A DNA stretch of 64,000 nucleotides, from positions 1-64,000 of the IMG/VR virus record IMGVR_UViG_3300032004_000001. One strand, written 5' to 3'. The position numbers were made by a program, and so were the translations under genes. The notes beneath the pieces were generated by a model that saw nothing but the letters and a program-made list of their open reading frames with translations, was not told where the DNA came from and ran no database searches. Below, piece by piece: positions 41,875 through 51,305 of the stretch (positions within the stretch are counted from its first letter, which is position 1; each line of letters opens with the position of its first letter). The stretch comes from a virus (Duplodnaviria; Caudoviricetes).

Positions 41875-43937
41875 ACAAACCACCTACCGATTGCGGTTAT
41901 TACAATAGTGCAGCTTATGTTGTTTGCTGTCGGTGCAATTATATAAAATGACTGGGAAGCTGATAGTGATGGTAATCCAGGGGTCCCAACATAAGCTGTT
42001 GCTGTTGACGAAATTACTTGTAAGTGACAATTAGGAAAAACAGCGAATGGCATAGCAAAAGTTTTCCCAGGCACAACTGCCGAGGCGTGCATTGGGGAGT
42101 TAATGACTTGCGTAACAGCGATCGACCCTAAATCTACAGTATTACGACAAATCATCGTACCATCAGCATACTTAGTATATGAACCGTTAGTATTACTACC
42201 AGATTCAATGATAGACCCTGTAGGTACCCCACCAGATTGGCTCACAGTTCCCACAATAGGTGCAACAGCCGCCGCCCCTAACCCAAGAGCAGTCCTTGCA
42301 GCAGCAGCAGTCGTTGCACCAGTACCGCCGTGAGCAAGGTCAATAACCTCGGTCTTAGCTACAAACTTCGCATCATCTTCGGCTTTGGTGTAATGATCTG
42401 CCAAGCTGAAGGTGCCAAATACGACCACTCCAATCTCTTCACCTGCAACGAAAGCTTCAGTGAATACAATCGACGTGCCGTCAGTAGCGGTGTAATCGTA
42501 TCCATCCCAATAGTCGAAGCCTTGCCCGGTCACAAGCATCACCGCGCCGGGGGTATAAACCAAGTTCTTCCCACCACTATCAAGCCCTGTAAGGGTGGTC
42601 TGACCTGCGGTAGTGACGAATTTGTAAGCTACCGCACTGACGTTGTTCGATTGAAGGAGTTCATAAAGGAACTTACCTTGTTTGGCCGACAGCACTTTGG
42701 TCGCATCGTCGGTGGTGACGTTATCGATGATGTCAGATTTAGCCACCTTCAGGTCCAGCGCCGACTGTTGAGCGGTGCTCACAGGTTTAGCCGCGTCAGG
42801 AGTGTTGTCGATCTGATCGATACCAAGCTGGACCTTAGTGACGACTCCCTGGAAGCCCGCTACTGATGTGACCGACTCAGTGTTGTCGATCTTGTAAAAG
42901 CTGGAAAGCGTGTTGGAATAGACCAGGGTATCGCCAACCCCGTATTCATCCCCTGAAACTGTGCCACCAGCCGTTACTTTCCAGAAGGAAGAGGTGGAGG
43001 GCACCGCAGGGTAGCTGCCGCTGGATAGGTCGATGTTTCCCCTTTCCACCAATCCGCCTATAACCGTACCTGCCGCTTCTACAGCTTGGTCCCGTGCGAC
43101 CTCGGCCTCATCGCGCGCAGTGAATGTAACGTCGCGTGCCGTCTGCGCCTCTGTTCTGTACCCAGCAGCTTCCGCAGCGGATCCCGCCGCGTCATTCTCG
43201 CTGCCTAGAGCTGCCGCAGCGCTATTCTGCGCAGCTATCCTGTATACAGCCGCATCCTGGGCAGAGCCCGCTGCCGCTGTTTCGGATGCAAGCGCCGCGC
43301 CTTCACTCGAGGATGCAGCGCTCGCTGATGCAGCAGCTTCCAAACCACTGGCCGCCGCCGCCCCTTCACTGGCCGCCGCCGCGGCGGCGCTAGCAGCCGC
43401 CGCATCGGCACTCTGGTCCGAGGCAGTAGCCGATGACAACGCCTGCGCTGCAGAAGCGGCGGAAGCTTCCGCGCTAGTTTGGGACGCGGTGGCCGATGCC
43501 AAGGAAGAAGCAGCGCTTGCGCTTGCGTTGGTTTCTGCCGTACTGGCCTGGCCTTGGGACGCCGCAGCATTAGCTTCAGCCACTTCCGCCGCCAGCCGGC
43601 TGGCTTCTGCCTGCGCCGCGCTGAGCGCAGCGGCTGCCACGTCAGCGTCTATATTCGCAATACCTTCGGTGATGGTATGGAGCCTGTCCACCGCGAGCTT
43701 GACGTAGCCCTGGACGGGCACCACGTAGTAGGTGGGTGTGTTACTCACCGAGGGCCCCGCATAGGCAGGGCTGATACCCAGGGTCAGCTGATCATGTGCG
43801 TTGACAACCTCGTAGATTTTTCCATCAGGCCCTACGAACATGTCTCCAGTTCGAGTGTTGGAAACGAAGTTCGTGCCTACACCTGTGACCCCAGCGGACC
43901 CCTGTACCACACTGATCGTGCCTTCCTTGTACCACAT
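41871..43937 (-). CDS. Lateral tail fibre
   Basis: MWYKEGTISV N-terminal anchor, Ala/Ser-rich coiled coil, DNTPDAAKPVS and tail-repeat DNVTTDDATKVLSAKQGK, gp53-like tip. Confidence 0.9.
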   Translation of the reverse strand: MWYKEGTISVVQGSAGVTGVGTNFVSNTRTGDMFVGPDGKIYEVVNAHDQLTLGISPAYAGPSVSNTPTYYVVPVQGYVKLAVDRLHTITEGIANIDADVAAAALSAAQAEASRLAAEVAEANAAASQGQASTAETNASASAASSLASATASQTSAEASAASAAQALSSATASDQSADAAAASAAAAAASEGAAAASGLEAAASASAASSSEGAALASETAAAGSAQDAAVYRIAAQNSAAAALGSENDAAGSAAEAAGYRTEAQTARDVTFTARDEAEVARDQAVEAAGTVIGGLVERGNIDLSSGSYPAVPSTSSFWKVTAGGTVSGDEYGVGDTLVYSNTLSSFYKIDNTESVTSVAGFQGVVTKVQLGIDQIDNTPDAAKPVSTAQQSALDLKVAKSDIIDNVTTDDATKVLSAKQGKFLYELLQSNNVSAVAYKFVTTAGQTTLTGLDSGGKNLVYTPGAVMLVTGQGFDYWDGYDYTATDGTSIVFTEAFVAGEEIGVVVFGTFSLADHYTKAEDDAKFVAKTEVIDLAHGGTGATTAAAARTALGLGAAAVAPIVGTVSQSGGVPTGSIIESGSNTNGSYTKYADGTMICRNTVDLGSIAVTQVINSPMHASAVVPGKTFAMPFAVFPNCHLQVISSTATAYVGTPGLPSLSASQSFYIIAPTANNISCTIVITAIGRWFV

Positions 43938-43954
43938 GGCCTATTCCTTTGAGT

Positions 43955-43977
43955 CGCTGAGTGGCGGCAGATTACCA
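43955..43977 (-). promoter_or_regulatory. Extended -10 promoter (TGGTAATCT) followed by degenerate operator CGCCACTCAGCG
   Basis: Intergenic, upstream of the tail fibre. Confidence 0.45.
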
Positions 43978-43995
43978 TGAACCAAGGTGTATGGC

Positions 43996-44727
43996 TCACA
44001 GCCCTGTTATGTCAACCATCATTCCGTAGTACTGACTGTAGTAGTAGCCCCCCTGGGTAATGGTGCCCTGGAATTGTCCGCTCCTACCTCCCGCGCTTAC
44101 GTCCTGCATGTATAGGCTGTCATTGACGAAAGCGTAGGCACAGGAATAGATGTCCTCATCCCACCATGTGGTCCCATCCCCGTCAGAGAACGCGCTCATT
44201 ACATAGACTCCGGCAGGGCCAGCCACGGTGACTGCCATATTTGGCCCTGCCCCTGCGTACATGAGCTTTCCGTAGGGAGTCTCGTTGGCGTAAACGTCCG
44301 CCTGGTAGTCCTGGCCCGACCAGGTGAATATCGGTTTCATGTATTGGTTGTTGGAGGAAAACGCCAAGGTGCCATTCGCAGCGTAAATCTCCAGCCCGTA
44401 CTTGACGCTGGGAGGGGACTTGGTAACAGAAAATATATAGAAGCTACAGACCGGGTTGTCGGGACCTGTGGTAGGCGACACAAACTCGTACGTCGTGGTG
44501 GTAGCTCCGATAGTTGTGGCGTAGAGACCCACGTCTATCCCAGGGGAGGGTCTGAAAGCTATCATAGAATCGTTCGGGGCTACTATTTGATAAAACCACC
44601 CGTTGCGGGGGAAGACCAAATTTATCACGCCTGTGAGGGTTAATTTAGACTCGAACAGGTAGTTCTTATAACTTTCCGTTATTTGAAGAACCCCCCCGTT
44701 GTTGAATACCTGAAGACCCGCTGGCAT
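43996..44727 (-). CDS. Tail-tip-associated protein
   Basis: MPAGLQVFN.G; downstream of J; beta-rich. Confidence 0.7.
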   Translation of the reverse strand: MPAGLQVFNNGGVLQITESYKNYLFESKLTLTGVINLVFPRNGWFYQIVAPNDSMIAFRPSPGIDVGLYATTIGATTTTYEFVSPTTGPDNPVCSFYIFSVTKSPPSVKYGLEIYAANGTLAFSSNNQYMKPIFTWSGQDYQADVYANETPYGKLMYAGAGPNMAVTVAGPAGVYVMSAFSDGDGTTWWDEDIYSCAYAFVNDSLYMQDVSAGGRSGQFQGTITQGGYYYSQYYGMMVDITGL

Positions 44728-45023
44728 TAGTAGTACCCGTATTTTATAACGTAGGAAACCCTTGGAGTGGGGGCGAAAACAGAGGTACTGAAGGCCCAGT
44801 GAATGGTCCTGCTAGGGATGTCCAACCACACCCCAGGGCCCCTCCTGAAATATATCTGGCTATTGTCCATTAGGACTATAAACGGCGTACCGCTGGATAA
44901 CGGTATTACAAACGATCCGTTAGATGTGCCCGTGCTGATAGACCCCTCAAGCCTTGTCAGCCGGGTAGTTACGTCAAGCTGCAAAACCCCTGCAGCATTC
45001 CAAATTTGTAGTCCCTGAGGCAT
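44727..45023 (-). CDS. Small tail-tip-associated protein
   Basis: MPQGLQIWNAAG..LD.TTRL; typical gene after J. Confidence 0.75.
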   Translation of the reverse strand: MPQGLQIWNAAGVLQLDVTTRLTRLEGSISTGTSNGSFVIPLSSGTPFIVLMDNSQIYFRRGPGVWLDIPSRTIHWAFSTSVFAPTPRVSYVIKYGYY

Positions 45024-45024
45024 A

Positions 45025-48000
45025 TCAGGCCCATATCCCTAACCGCACACGCAACGTGCCATTTGAATCGTAGACCAGTACCACCTGGTTGGTGATCTTA
45101 ACCCGGCCCTGTCCTGCCACCAGCCCGTTTATTTCGAAATCCCCGTTCTTCGCTAGTCTCCACCCTGACGAGTTAGCCACGAAGTTGGTGGATTGCAGCG
45201 TGTCAGAGATTTTGGCGAAGTCAATGGTCGCGTTCTTGATTAGAGCGGTGTTAATGAACGTGCTGTTGCCTTCAATGAAGAAGGGAATCGTCACGATGCC
45301 GCTTGCGGTGCTGATCAGTGCAAAGCGATCTGCCTGGAACAGAATTTGGCTTTGCGTCACACCTCCGTTGGTGGTGATGTCTATGCCCATGCCGGCTGCA
45401 TATACCTTCCCATCTACGGTCGTCTGCAGCTTGACGGCGTACAGAGAGGACAGCCCGTCCTCCAAGCTTGCCTGCGCCTGCTGCACAACTTGTATAGAGG
45501 CGCTGTTGCCATTCACCGTGCTCTGTAAGGTGGTGATGCTGGATGCCAGGGCGCTATCGGCATCTGACAAGGCGCTCAGGCTGCTCTGTACTATCACCTT
45601 GTTGTTGTTGTAGTCCGTGCTGAGGGTCTGCCTGGCCAGGGCCTCTGCCGCATCTGCGTCAGCCCGGGCGGTGGCTTCCTGTTGGATCGCCGCGGCTATA
45701 TCCTCATTAACGGTGGCTTCAAGGGTGGTGATTCTCTGAGAGAGCGCGGAATCCGCGGTTGCCATAGCCAGCTCAAGTTCAGTCAGTGACGCGCTGATCT
45801 CATCGTCAACGGTAGCTTTCAGCTCAGTGATCCGCTGGGCTAGCGCCAGGTCTTCCTCTGCCAGCACCTTTATTTGCTGTTTGAACGAAGCGGTAGCGTC
45901 GTAATCATTCAGCGCGCCTTCGAGTTCAGCGTCGTCGTCTCGGTCCCGCCAAGCAGCGCGCAGACTAGTCATCTGAGACGCCGTATAGGTGACTCGGTCG
46001 TCCACCTTGACTATATCGGTTCGGTTCTGCTCGACCTGTGCTACCAGGCCGTTAGCGTCCTCGAGGATCTGTCCTACCGATTTCCAGTACAGAGGGTTTG
46101 GAGGGGCATTGCTGCCGTCTGGTGCAGCGGGTACCGGGTTGATAGCCTGGTACAGGTCCTTGCCCTGACGTACCACGTTTGGAGGTACATAGGGATCGTT
46201 GGGGTTGTAGGCGAGAGCGTCTTCCAGGTTATCGATCTGGTCCTGCAGGTCCGCGACCGCAGCGTTCACCACCGTGGTAGCTGTATTGGTAGCGATCGGC
46301 ACGATCATGTCGTTGATCTCTTGGTAGAGATCGCCGTTGAGGATGTCCTCTGTGACCGCGTTCAGGATGTCCTCGTAATCTTCCAGGGTGGTGCCCTGAG
46401 TCGAATACCAAGCGGACAACCCGTACTGGTTGGTGCCTCGCACGTAGTAGAAGTAAGTGCGGCCGGCGCGCAGCGGTGTGTCCACCAGGTACGGCCCGGT
46501 GGGCAGCTTGATGGCATTGGTGGTGATCAAGTCAGCGGGCAGCGGTACATCGCTACGCCAGAACTCCCAAAGTGCGTCAGGGTACGCGGTGACAGGCGTC
46601 AGCGTGATAGAGAACGTGCCCAGTGTGACCACGATTGAATCAGGTGGGACCGGCAGCAGCATGTGTGCGATCTGCACAACTCGGCTGGTCCAGGCGCCCG
46701 GGATGCCGGATGCTGAGGATCTGACGCGGATGACCCACTCCCCGCCTATCGCATCCTTCAAATCGTAGGAAGTCCCCGCGCCGGTGTAGACCGTCCGGAA
46801 TCCCCCATCATCTGGCGACTTAACGTCCAGGATGTAGTCCGTGACCCGCACGTCCTTGGGAGGGGTCCAGCTGATGATCAGGCCCTGGTGGCGCGTGGAT
46901 CCAGCGAAGTAGGTGTAGGCTTCGAAGGACAGATCCAAGGGCCCTGCGATCGGCCCGGTCGGCAGGGTGCTGGTAGGGCGGTCAGGCAGCACCAGGTCCA
47001 GTTCGACGATGTCGTACTTACGCGGGTCGTACTCGGTCGCGGTGATGGTGTAGGTACTGCTGCTATCGTCTTCGTTGACCGTGACAACCCGGAACTGGGG
47101 CAGTTGCAGCTCTGTGGCGGTGAGCGCCCATATCGCGCCGGCTATTGGCAAGTCACTCAGCGTGCCAGTGAGGATCACCTGATTACCGTTGAACGAGCTG
47201 ACCGGCATACGAGGGATACTGCCGTCCGGCAATACCACACTTAGGTACCAGTTGCCGCTGAGTGCCAGGGTCTGCGGATCCGGTACCTGGTCCAGAGTCA
47301 AGGTCTTGTTGCCTGGCGTGATAACCCGGCCCCCCATCCTCGCCCCTTGATAGTAAGGGTCGGCGATTTCAACGATGTCCCCAGGGCGGACGTCGGCGTG
47401 ATCCAGCGAAGCCTTGTAGTTGACCGTCTGCGTTTCCATCCGCTCGGAATACAGGATCCACTTACACAGCCGCCGTGCCTGGCCACGCGAGTTGCACGCA
47501 ACCGCGGTTACCCGGGTCTCTCTCCAGCCGTACAGCTCAATGCTTTCAGGATCCTCGTAGACTTCAGGCACAGCGCGCCCTTCATCATCAGGGTCGTTCC
47601 ACATGGCCACAGCCACCGAGTGCCGCTCGCGCAGGCTGGTGCCGCTGTATTCGAAGTCCCCGTCGATGACGTTGGCCGGGCTGACGATCTTCACCGGCGT
47701 GGACGGCATGTCCGCTACCGCTACCATGGTGTTGGTGCCCCAGTAGGACATCCCACGGAAGCAGCTGGCCAGGGTGTTCAGCGCGACGGTAGCGTCCTCC
47801 TGGTCGGAGAAAATGGTGTTGCAGGTGAACCGGGGCTCCATGCCGCCGTATCCGTCCGGTACCAACTGGTCGCAATACTGCCCGATCTGGTAGATAACCC
47901 ACTTGTCCACGTCGGTGAGGCCGGCGCCGATTACGGGGTGCGTGGCCAGGTCGTAGAAACACCAGGCAGGGTTATCGGTCCACGCCATCTTGAACGTGCC

Positions 48001-48900
48001 GTCCCACAACCCGGTATACACCCGCGTTTCCGGGTTGTAGTTGCTCGGTACCTTGATGATAGACAGCTTGACATCGTAGCTGCGCGACGGCATTGAAGAT
48101 CCGAACAGCTTGGAGTCGATCTCGATGCCGACCAGAGCGATGTTCGGGTAGCTGAGCTTCTCTTCGATGACCTCAGTCAACAGCGTCCAACTGATCTTGT
48201 CCTGGCGCACCCCCTCTTCACTCTCTTGAGTGGTACGTCTAACTCGGATATCGAAAGGACCGACTCCGTCCAGAGGTACTCGATAGGTGACAGGGAAAGG
48301 TGAGGTGGTCTTGCCAGTGATTGTGTCGTTGACCGCCGTGGACCACGCACCGTTATCAGAGCGGGTATCAATCGCTATAGAGGCGCTGTAACCAACAATG
48401 TCACCATTCGGTTTCTGCTGAGATAGCGCCTGCAACTGAATTGTCACCAGGGCAGCGTCCGCATCATTGTTGCTAATCGAGCGAACAACCGGCGCGGCGA
48501 GCTTGACCTCCGTGTTGATCTCTGTGGTGCTTTCCACCGAAGGGAACCCTTCGATGTGGGTCTGTTCCGGATAGCCCTCTCTGGTGGTCAGCTTGCAGCC
48601 GGAAAAATTGGTGCTGCCATCCTGGTTCATTACTGGCGTGCCGTCCAGGTACACGGACTTCAGCCCTTCAACCAGGCCGTAAATCGGCCCGTAAGCGATC
48701 ATGTCGAGGATGCGGCCCTTGACCACACTCTGCAAGGTGTTCGGCGCCTCGACAGGTGTGTGGGCTTCTCCGCCCCCTCCGCCCCCGCCTGCGCCGCGAA
48801 TCTCCATATCCAGGCCGATCAGGTCTGGCATTACGTACCCTGCCTTGGACGGCCAGCTATGCATCACTGGGCCGTATACAACTTTCTCCATAGCACTCAA
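45025..48900 (-). CDS. Tip attachment protein J (central tail fibre)
   Basis: GPIYGL, LSYPNIAL, WTDNPAW, RFTCN, FnIII-like repeats, coiled coil, C-terminal FQADRF/NATI. Confidence 0.93.
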   Translation of the reverse strand: MSAMEKVVYGPVMHSWPSKAGYVMPDLIGLDMEIRGAGGGGGGGEAHTPVEAPNTLQSVVKGRILDMIAYGPIYGLVEGLKSVYLDGTPVMNQDGSTNFSGCKLTTREGYPEQTHIEGFPSVESTTEINTEVKLAAPVVRSISNNDADAALVTIQLQALSQQKPNGDIVGYSASIAIDTRSDNGAWSTAVNDTITGKTTSPFPVTYRVPLDGVGPFDIRVRRTTQESEEGVRQDKISWTLLTEVIEEKLSYPNIALVGIEIDSKLFGSSMPSRSYDVKLSIIKVPSNYNPETRVYTGLWDGTFKMAWTDNPAWCFYDLATHPVIGAGLTDVDKWVIYQIGQYCDQLVPDGYGGMEPRFTCNTIFSDQEDATVALNTLASCFRGMSYWGTNTMVAVADMPSTPVKIVSPANVIDGDFEYSGTSLRERHSVAVAMWNDPDDEGRAVPEVYEDPESIELYGWRETRVTAVACNSRGQARRLCKWILYSERMETQTVNYKASLDHADVRPGDIVEIADPYYQGARMGGRVITPGNKTLTLDQVPDPQTLALSGNWYLSVVLPDGSIPRMPVSSFNGNQVILTGTLSDLPIAGAIWALTATELQLPQFRVVTVNEDDSSSTYTITATEYDPRKYDIVELDLVLPDRPTSTLPTGPIAGPLDLSFEAYTYFAGSTRHQGLIISWTPPKDVRVTDYILDVKSPDDGGFRTVYTGAGTSYDLKDAIGGEWVIRVRSSASGIPGAWTSRVVQIAHMLLPVPPDSIVVTLGTFSITLTPVTAYPDALWEFWRSDVPLPADLITTNAIKLPTGPYLVDTPLRAGRTYFYYVRGTNQYGLSAWYSTQGTTLEDYEDILNAVTEDILNGDLYQEINDMIVPIATNTATTVVNAAVADLQDQIDNLEDALAYNPNDPYVPPNVVRQGKDLYQAINPVPAAPDGSNAPPNPLYWKSVGQILEDANGLVAQVEQNRTDIVKVDDRVTYTASQMTSLRAAWRDRDDDAELEGALNDYDATASFKQQIKVLAEEDLALAQRITELKATVDDEISASLTELELAMATADSALSQRITTLEATVNEDIAAAIQQEATARADADAAEALARQTLSTDYNNNKVIVQSSLSALSDADSALASSITTLQSTVNGNSASIQVVQQAQASLEDGLSSLYAVKLQTTVDGKVYAAGMGIDITTNGGVTQSQILFQADRFALISTASGIVTIPFFIEGNSTFINTALIKNATIDFAKISDTLQSTNFVANSSGWRLAKNGDFEINGLVAGQGRVKITNQVVLVYDSNGTLRVRLGIWA

Positions 48901-49466
48901 AGGATACGCTCCGCAAACAATCCAGCGCTGACCACGATACTGCCGGACCTGCAGCGGCCGTATCCACGGGGGATCGCTACACCCTGTGTGGAGCCGTTCT
49001 TGGGGCCGGAGAAAAGGAACGATGCCTTGCTGTCCGCCGACTCTCCCGTGGTCGTCGACGCCCCGGGAATCTTCATGGTCATCTGGATGATGCCGCCGAC
49101 GATCAGGCCGGCACCGGCGAAGTACAGCGCGGTCGACATACCACCGGTGAAGGGGGCAGCTACGATAGCTACGATCCCCAGGATAATTGAGAAGATGCCC
49201 CCGTTACCGCCCCCTGCGCCACGGATAGCCGGCATCAAGTGGACTTCGGTGACGTCGCCCAAGGCCACGTCAATGCTCTCTTCGTCGTCGTCGTCCTCAA
49301 GCTCCATGGGGCCGCGCAGGATGTGCCATTCTCCTTCACGGATCATTTCCCGGAATCCCGGGATCTGCAAAGCCAGGGCGTGCAAAAACTCACGAGGACT
49401 GCGAACGTCGAGCTCGAACTTCTCGCCGAACTGTGCTGCGGATCCATGCAGATACAGGGTCTTCAT
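48897..49466 (-). CDS. Tail assembly protein I
   Basis: LHG.AAQFG, VHLMPAIRGA, hydrophobic segment, FLFSGP.N...QG..IP.GYG. Confidence 0.9.
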   Translation of the reverse strand: MKTLYLHGSAAQFGEKFELDVRSPREFLHALALQIPGFREMIREGEWHILRGPMELEDDDDEESIDVALGDVTEVHLMPAIRGAGGGNGGIFSIILGIVAIVAAPFTGGMSTALYFAGAGLIVGGIIQMTMKIPGASTTTGESADSKASFLFSGPKNGSTQGVAIPRGYGRCRSGSIVVSAGLFAERIL

Positions 49467-50206
49467 GCGCGTTCCTTGTGCCTTACCCACATGCCGATCA
49501 AACTGATGTAGCGGTAGATCGGCTCGATCACCGCCTTGCGCTGGCTGACCGGCTCCCCTGTTCCAGGGTGATGATGGGTCAGCTCATTTTCCAGCAAGAT
49601 GCCGCAGTGCGTCAGCGCGCCATTTCTAACCCCGATACTCGCCAGCCAAACGTCGCCCGGCCGAGGGTCATCCTTGATCCGCGAGAAGCCGGTCTCTTCC
49701 AGGCCTTCCAGAATGAAATTGGGGTTCTCATCCCACCACTTCCACTGGCGCGGCATCATCGGCAGCGTAATCCCGAAGACCTGGCCGTAGTAATCCCGCA
49801 GCAGGGAGTAGCAGTCGGTCACCCCGTGGCAGAAGGTTCTATCCAGCAGGTCATCCGTCTGCTCTGGACCTTTGCCTCCCCACCAGGTGATTCCGCTGGA
49901 GTTGACCCCGTCACACACCACAATGCCCCAGGGCACGTCGGTGTTGATCTGGTACTGCATGTCCATAACGCCAGGGTACGCGTTACCGTTGGTGTGGCTG
50001 TGCACGACAGCGAGAAGGCCCTCTTTCGTGGCGGCCTTGATGTCGGTAGCCGAGATGTCGAAGAAATTTTCAGGGTCTTCAGCGATGTTGCTGACCTGCC
50101 TGCAGCCTTTTTTCGTGATAAGCCAGGCTCCCTCTTGAGGGAATACCTCCAGGGCTTCGGCGCGGATCTGCTCGAGGTGTTCCGTGTATAGCTGCAGCAT
50201 GCTCAC
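49463..50206 (-). CDS. Tail assembly protein K (JAB/MPN + NlpC/P60)
   Basis: VVHSH...D; HGVTDCYSL; HCGI. Confidence 0.9.
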   Translation of the reverse strand: MSMLQLYTEHLEQIRAEALEVFPQEGAWLITKKGCRQVSNIAEDPENFFDISATDIKAATKEGLLAVVHSHTNGNAYPGVMDMQYQINTDVPWGIVVCDGVNSSGITWWGGKGPEQTDDLLDRTFCHGVTDCYSLLRDYYGQVFGITLPMMPRQWKWWDENPNFILEGLEETGFSRIKDDPRPGDVWLASIGVRNGALTHCGILLENELTHHHPGTGEPVSQRKAVIEPIYRYISLIGMWVRHKERA

Positions 50207-50220
50207 TCTCCCTAGTTGCG

Positions 50221-50931
50221 CTAGCTTATCCGGCCAACCCCAGGGAAGGCAAACATTGGTAGCACTGCGCCAACACCAAAGTGTTTTTTGCAGTCGCTCA
50301 ATCGCTTACCGCACTTTGCTTTAGTAGGATCTAAAGTCGGCTGGCCGTTCGGTTCATACATAGCTGCGCCTGCGTAGGGGCAGGTCACGCCCTGATAATT
50401 CCACTGCCCATTTGCCCAATAACGAAAGCGGTGCATGCAGGTATCACGAATCACTTGGCGCGCGGGTATCTTCTTTCCCTGCTGGTCCATCGGGGTGGAC
50501 AGCTCGTAGGACAGCATCTTTCGGACCTGCTTGGCCTTGCGCTCCATCACATAGTGATCGATCGGGAAGGTGGCTGAAGGGTTGGGTGATGTGCCGTCGT
50601 CGAGGTACTTGCGGTAGGTGCGTATGCGGCGCACTGGGCAGCCGATGAGATCGTCGCCGTTGAGCACCAGGCTGAGGAAAATCAGGTCCTTGGCAGCCAT
50701 TGTCAAAGTCGGTCTCGGCGCGGTGCCTACCCCATTCCAGGTAAACCCGGTGGCCTCAATAGGCAGCCTGGAGTAGATGTTGCCGCCGAACTGCACTGGC
50801 CAGTTCTCCTGGCCGTCGACGATGGGGGTGAACCGCAACACCGCGTCACCGTATGCCCGTGCGTCTATCTCGTAGAGGAAAATCTGAGGATCGCGAGAGA
50901 GCCTCTGTGCATCCGTTGCAATGAGTTCCAT
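50221..50931 (-). CDS. Minor tail protein L
   Basis: PIEATGF, VRRIRTY.KYLD, four C-terminal Cys (Fe-S), FAFPG. Confidence 0.9.
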   Translation of the reverse strand: MELIATDAQRLSRDPQIFLYEIDARAYGDAVLRFTPIVDGQENWPVQFGGNIYSRLPIEATGFTWNGVGTAPRPTLTMAAKDLIFLSLVLNGDDLIGCPVRRIRTYRKYLDDGTSPNPSATFPIDHYVMERKAKQVRKMLSYELSTPMDQQGKKIPARQVIRDTCMHRFRYWANGQWNYQGVTCPYAGAAMYEPNGQPTLDPTKAKCGKRLSDCKKHFGVGAVLPMFAFPGVGRIS

Positions 50932-50941
50932 GTCAAAATCC

Positions 50942-51304
50942 TTAGCCCGGGTTGAAGTCCTGCCGGAAGCTGATGTCGAGTACCACGTTGTCGAAGGTGT
51001 CGTAGGTCAGGCTGATAGCCTCAGGGATCACCTTGATAGGAGTACCGCGTACAGGGTGAGTCCAGATGACCCCGGTCTTCTTGAGCTTGGGTAGCAGGTC
51101 GTCGTAGCACGCCTCGCCAACCTCGGGAGAGAGGTTGGACCACTTAGGCGTGAAGGATTCGCTGACCGAGTTCAGCCCAACGGATTCACGGGTCTCATAG
51201 CCATCGCCGAATTTGTGCACCTCGACGTTGGCCTGGGGCGTGTTGGAGAAATCCCAGTCGGGGTTTGGCAGTTCAACGCCTGCCGGTGGAAACGGATCAG
51301 CCAT
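50942..51304 (-). CDS. Minor tail protein M (distal tail)
   Basis: FGDGYE...GLN; position after the TMP. Confidence 0.85.
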   Translation of the reverse strand: MADPFPPAGVELPNPDWDFSNTPQANVEVHKFGDGYETRESVGLNSVSESFTPKWSNLSPEVGEACYDDLLPKLKKTGVIWTHPVRGTPIKVIPEAISLTYDTFDNVVLDISFRQDFNPG

Positions 51305-51305
51305 C

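Noticed and set aside
43100-43640. GCC/GCA-rich repeats in the tail fibre as a repeat array or VNTR
   Set aside because: They encode an ordinary Ala/Ser-rich coiled-coil shaft, with no fixed DNA repeat-spacer structure.
50210-50221. CCCTAGTTGCGC as another operator copy
   Set aside because: Five mismatches to the consensus, and it overlaps the RBS region of gene K.
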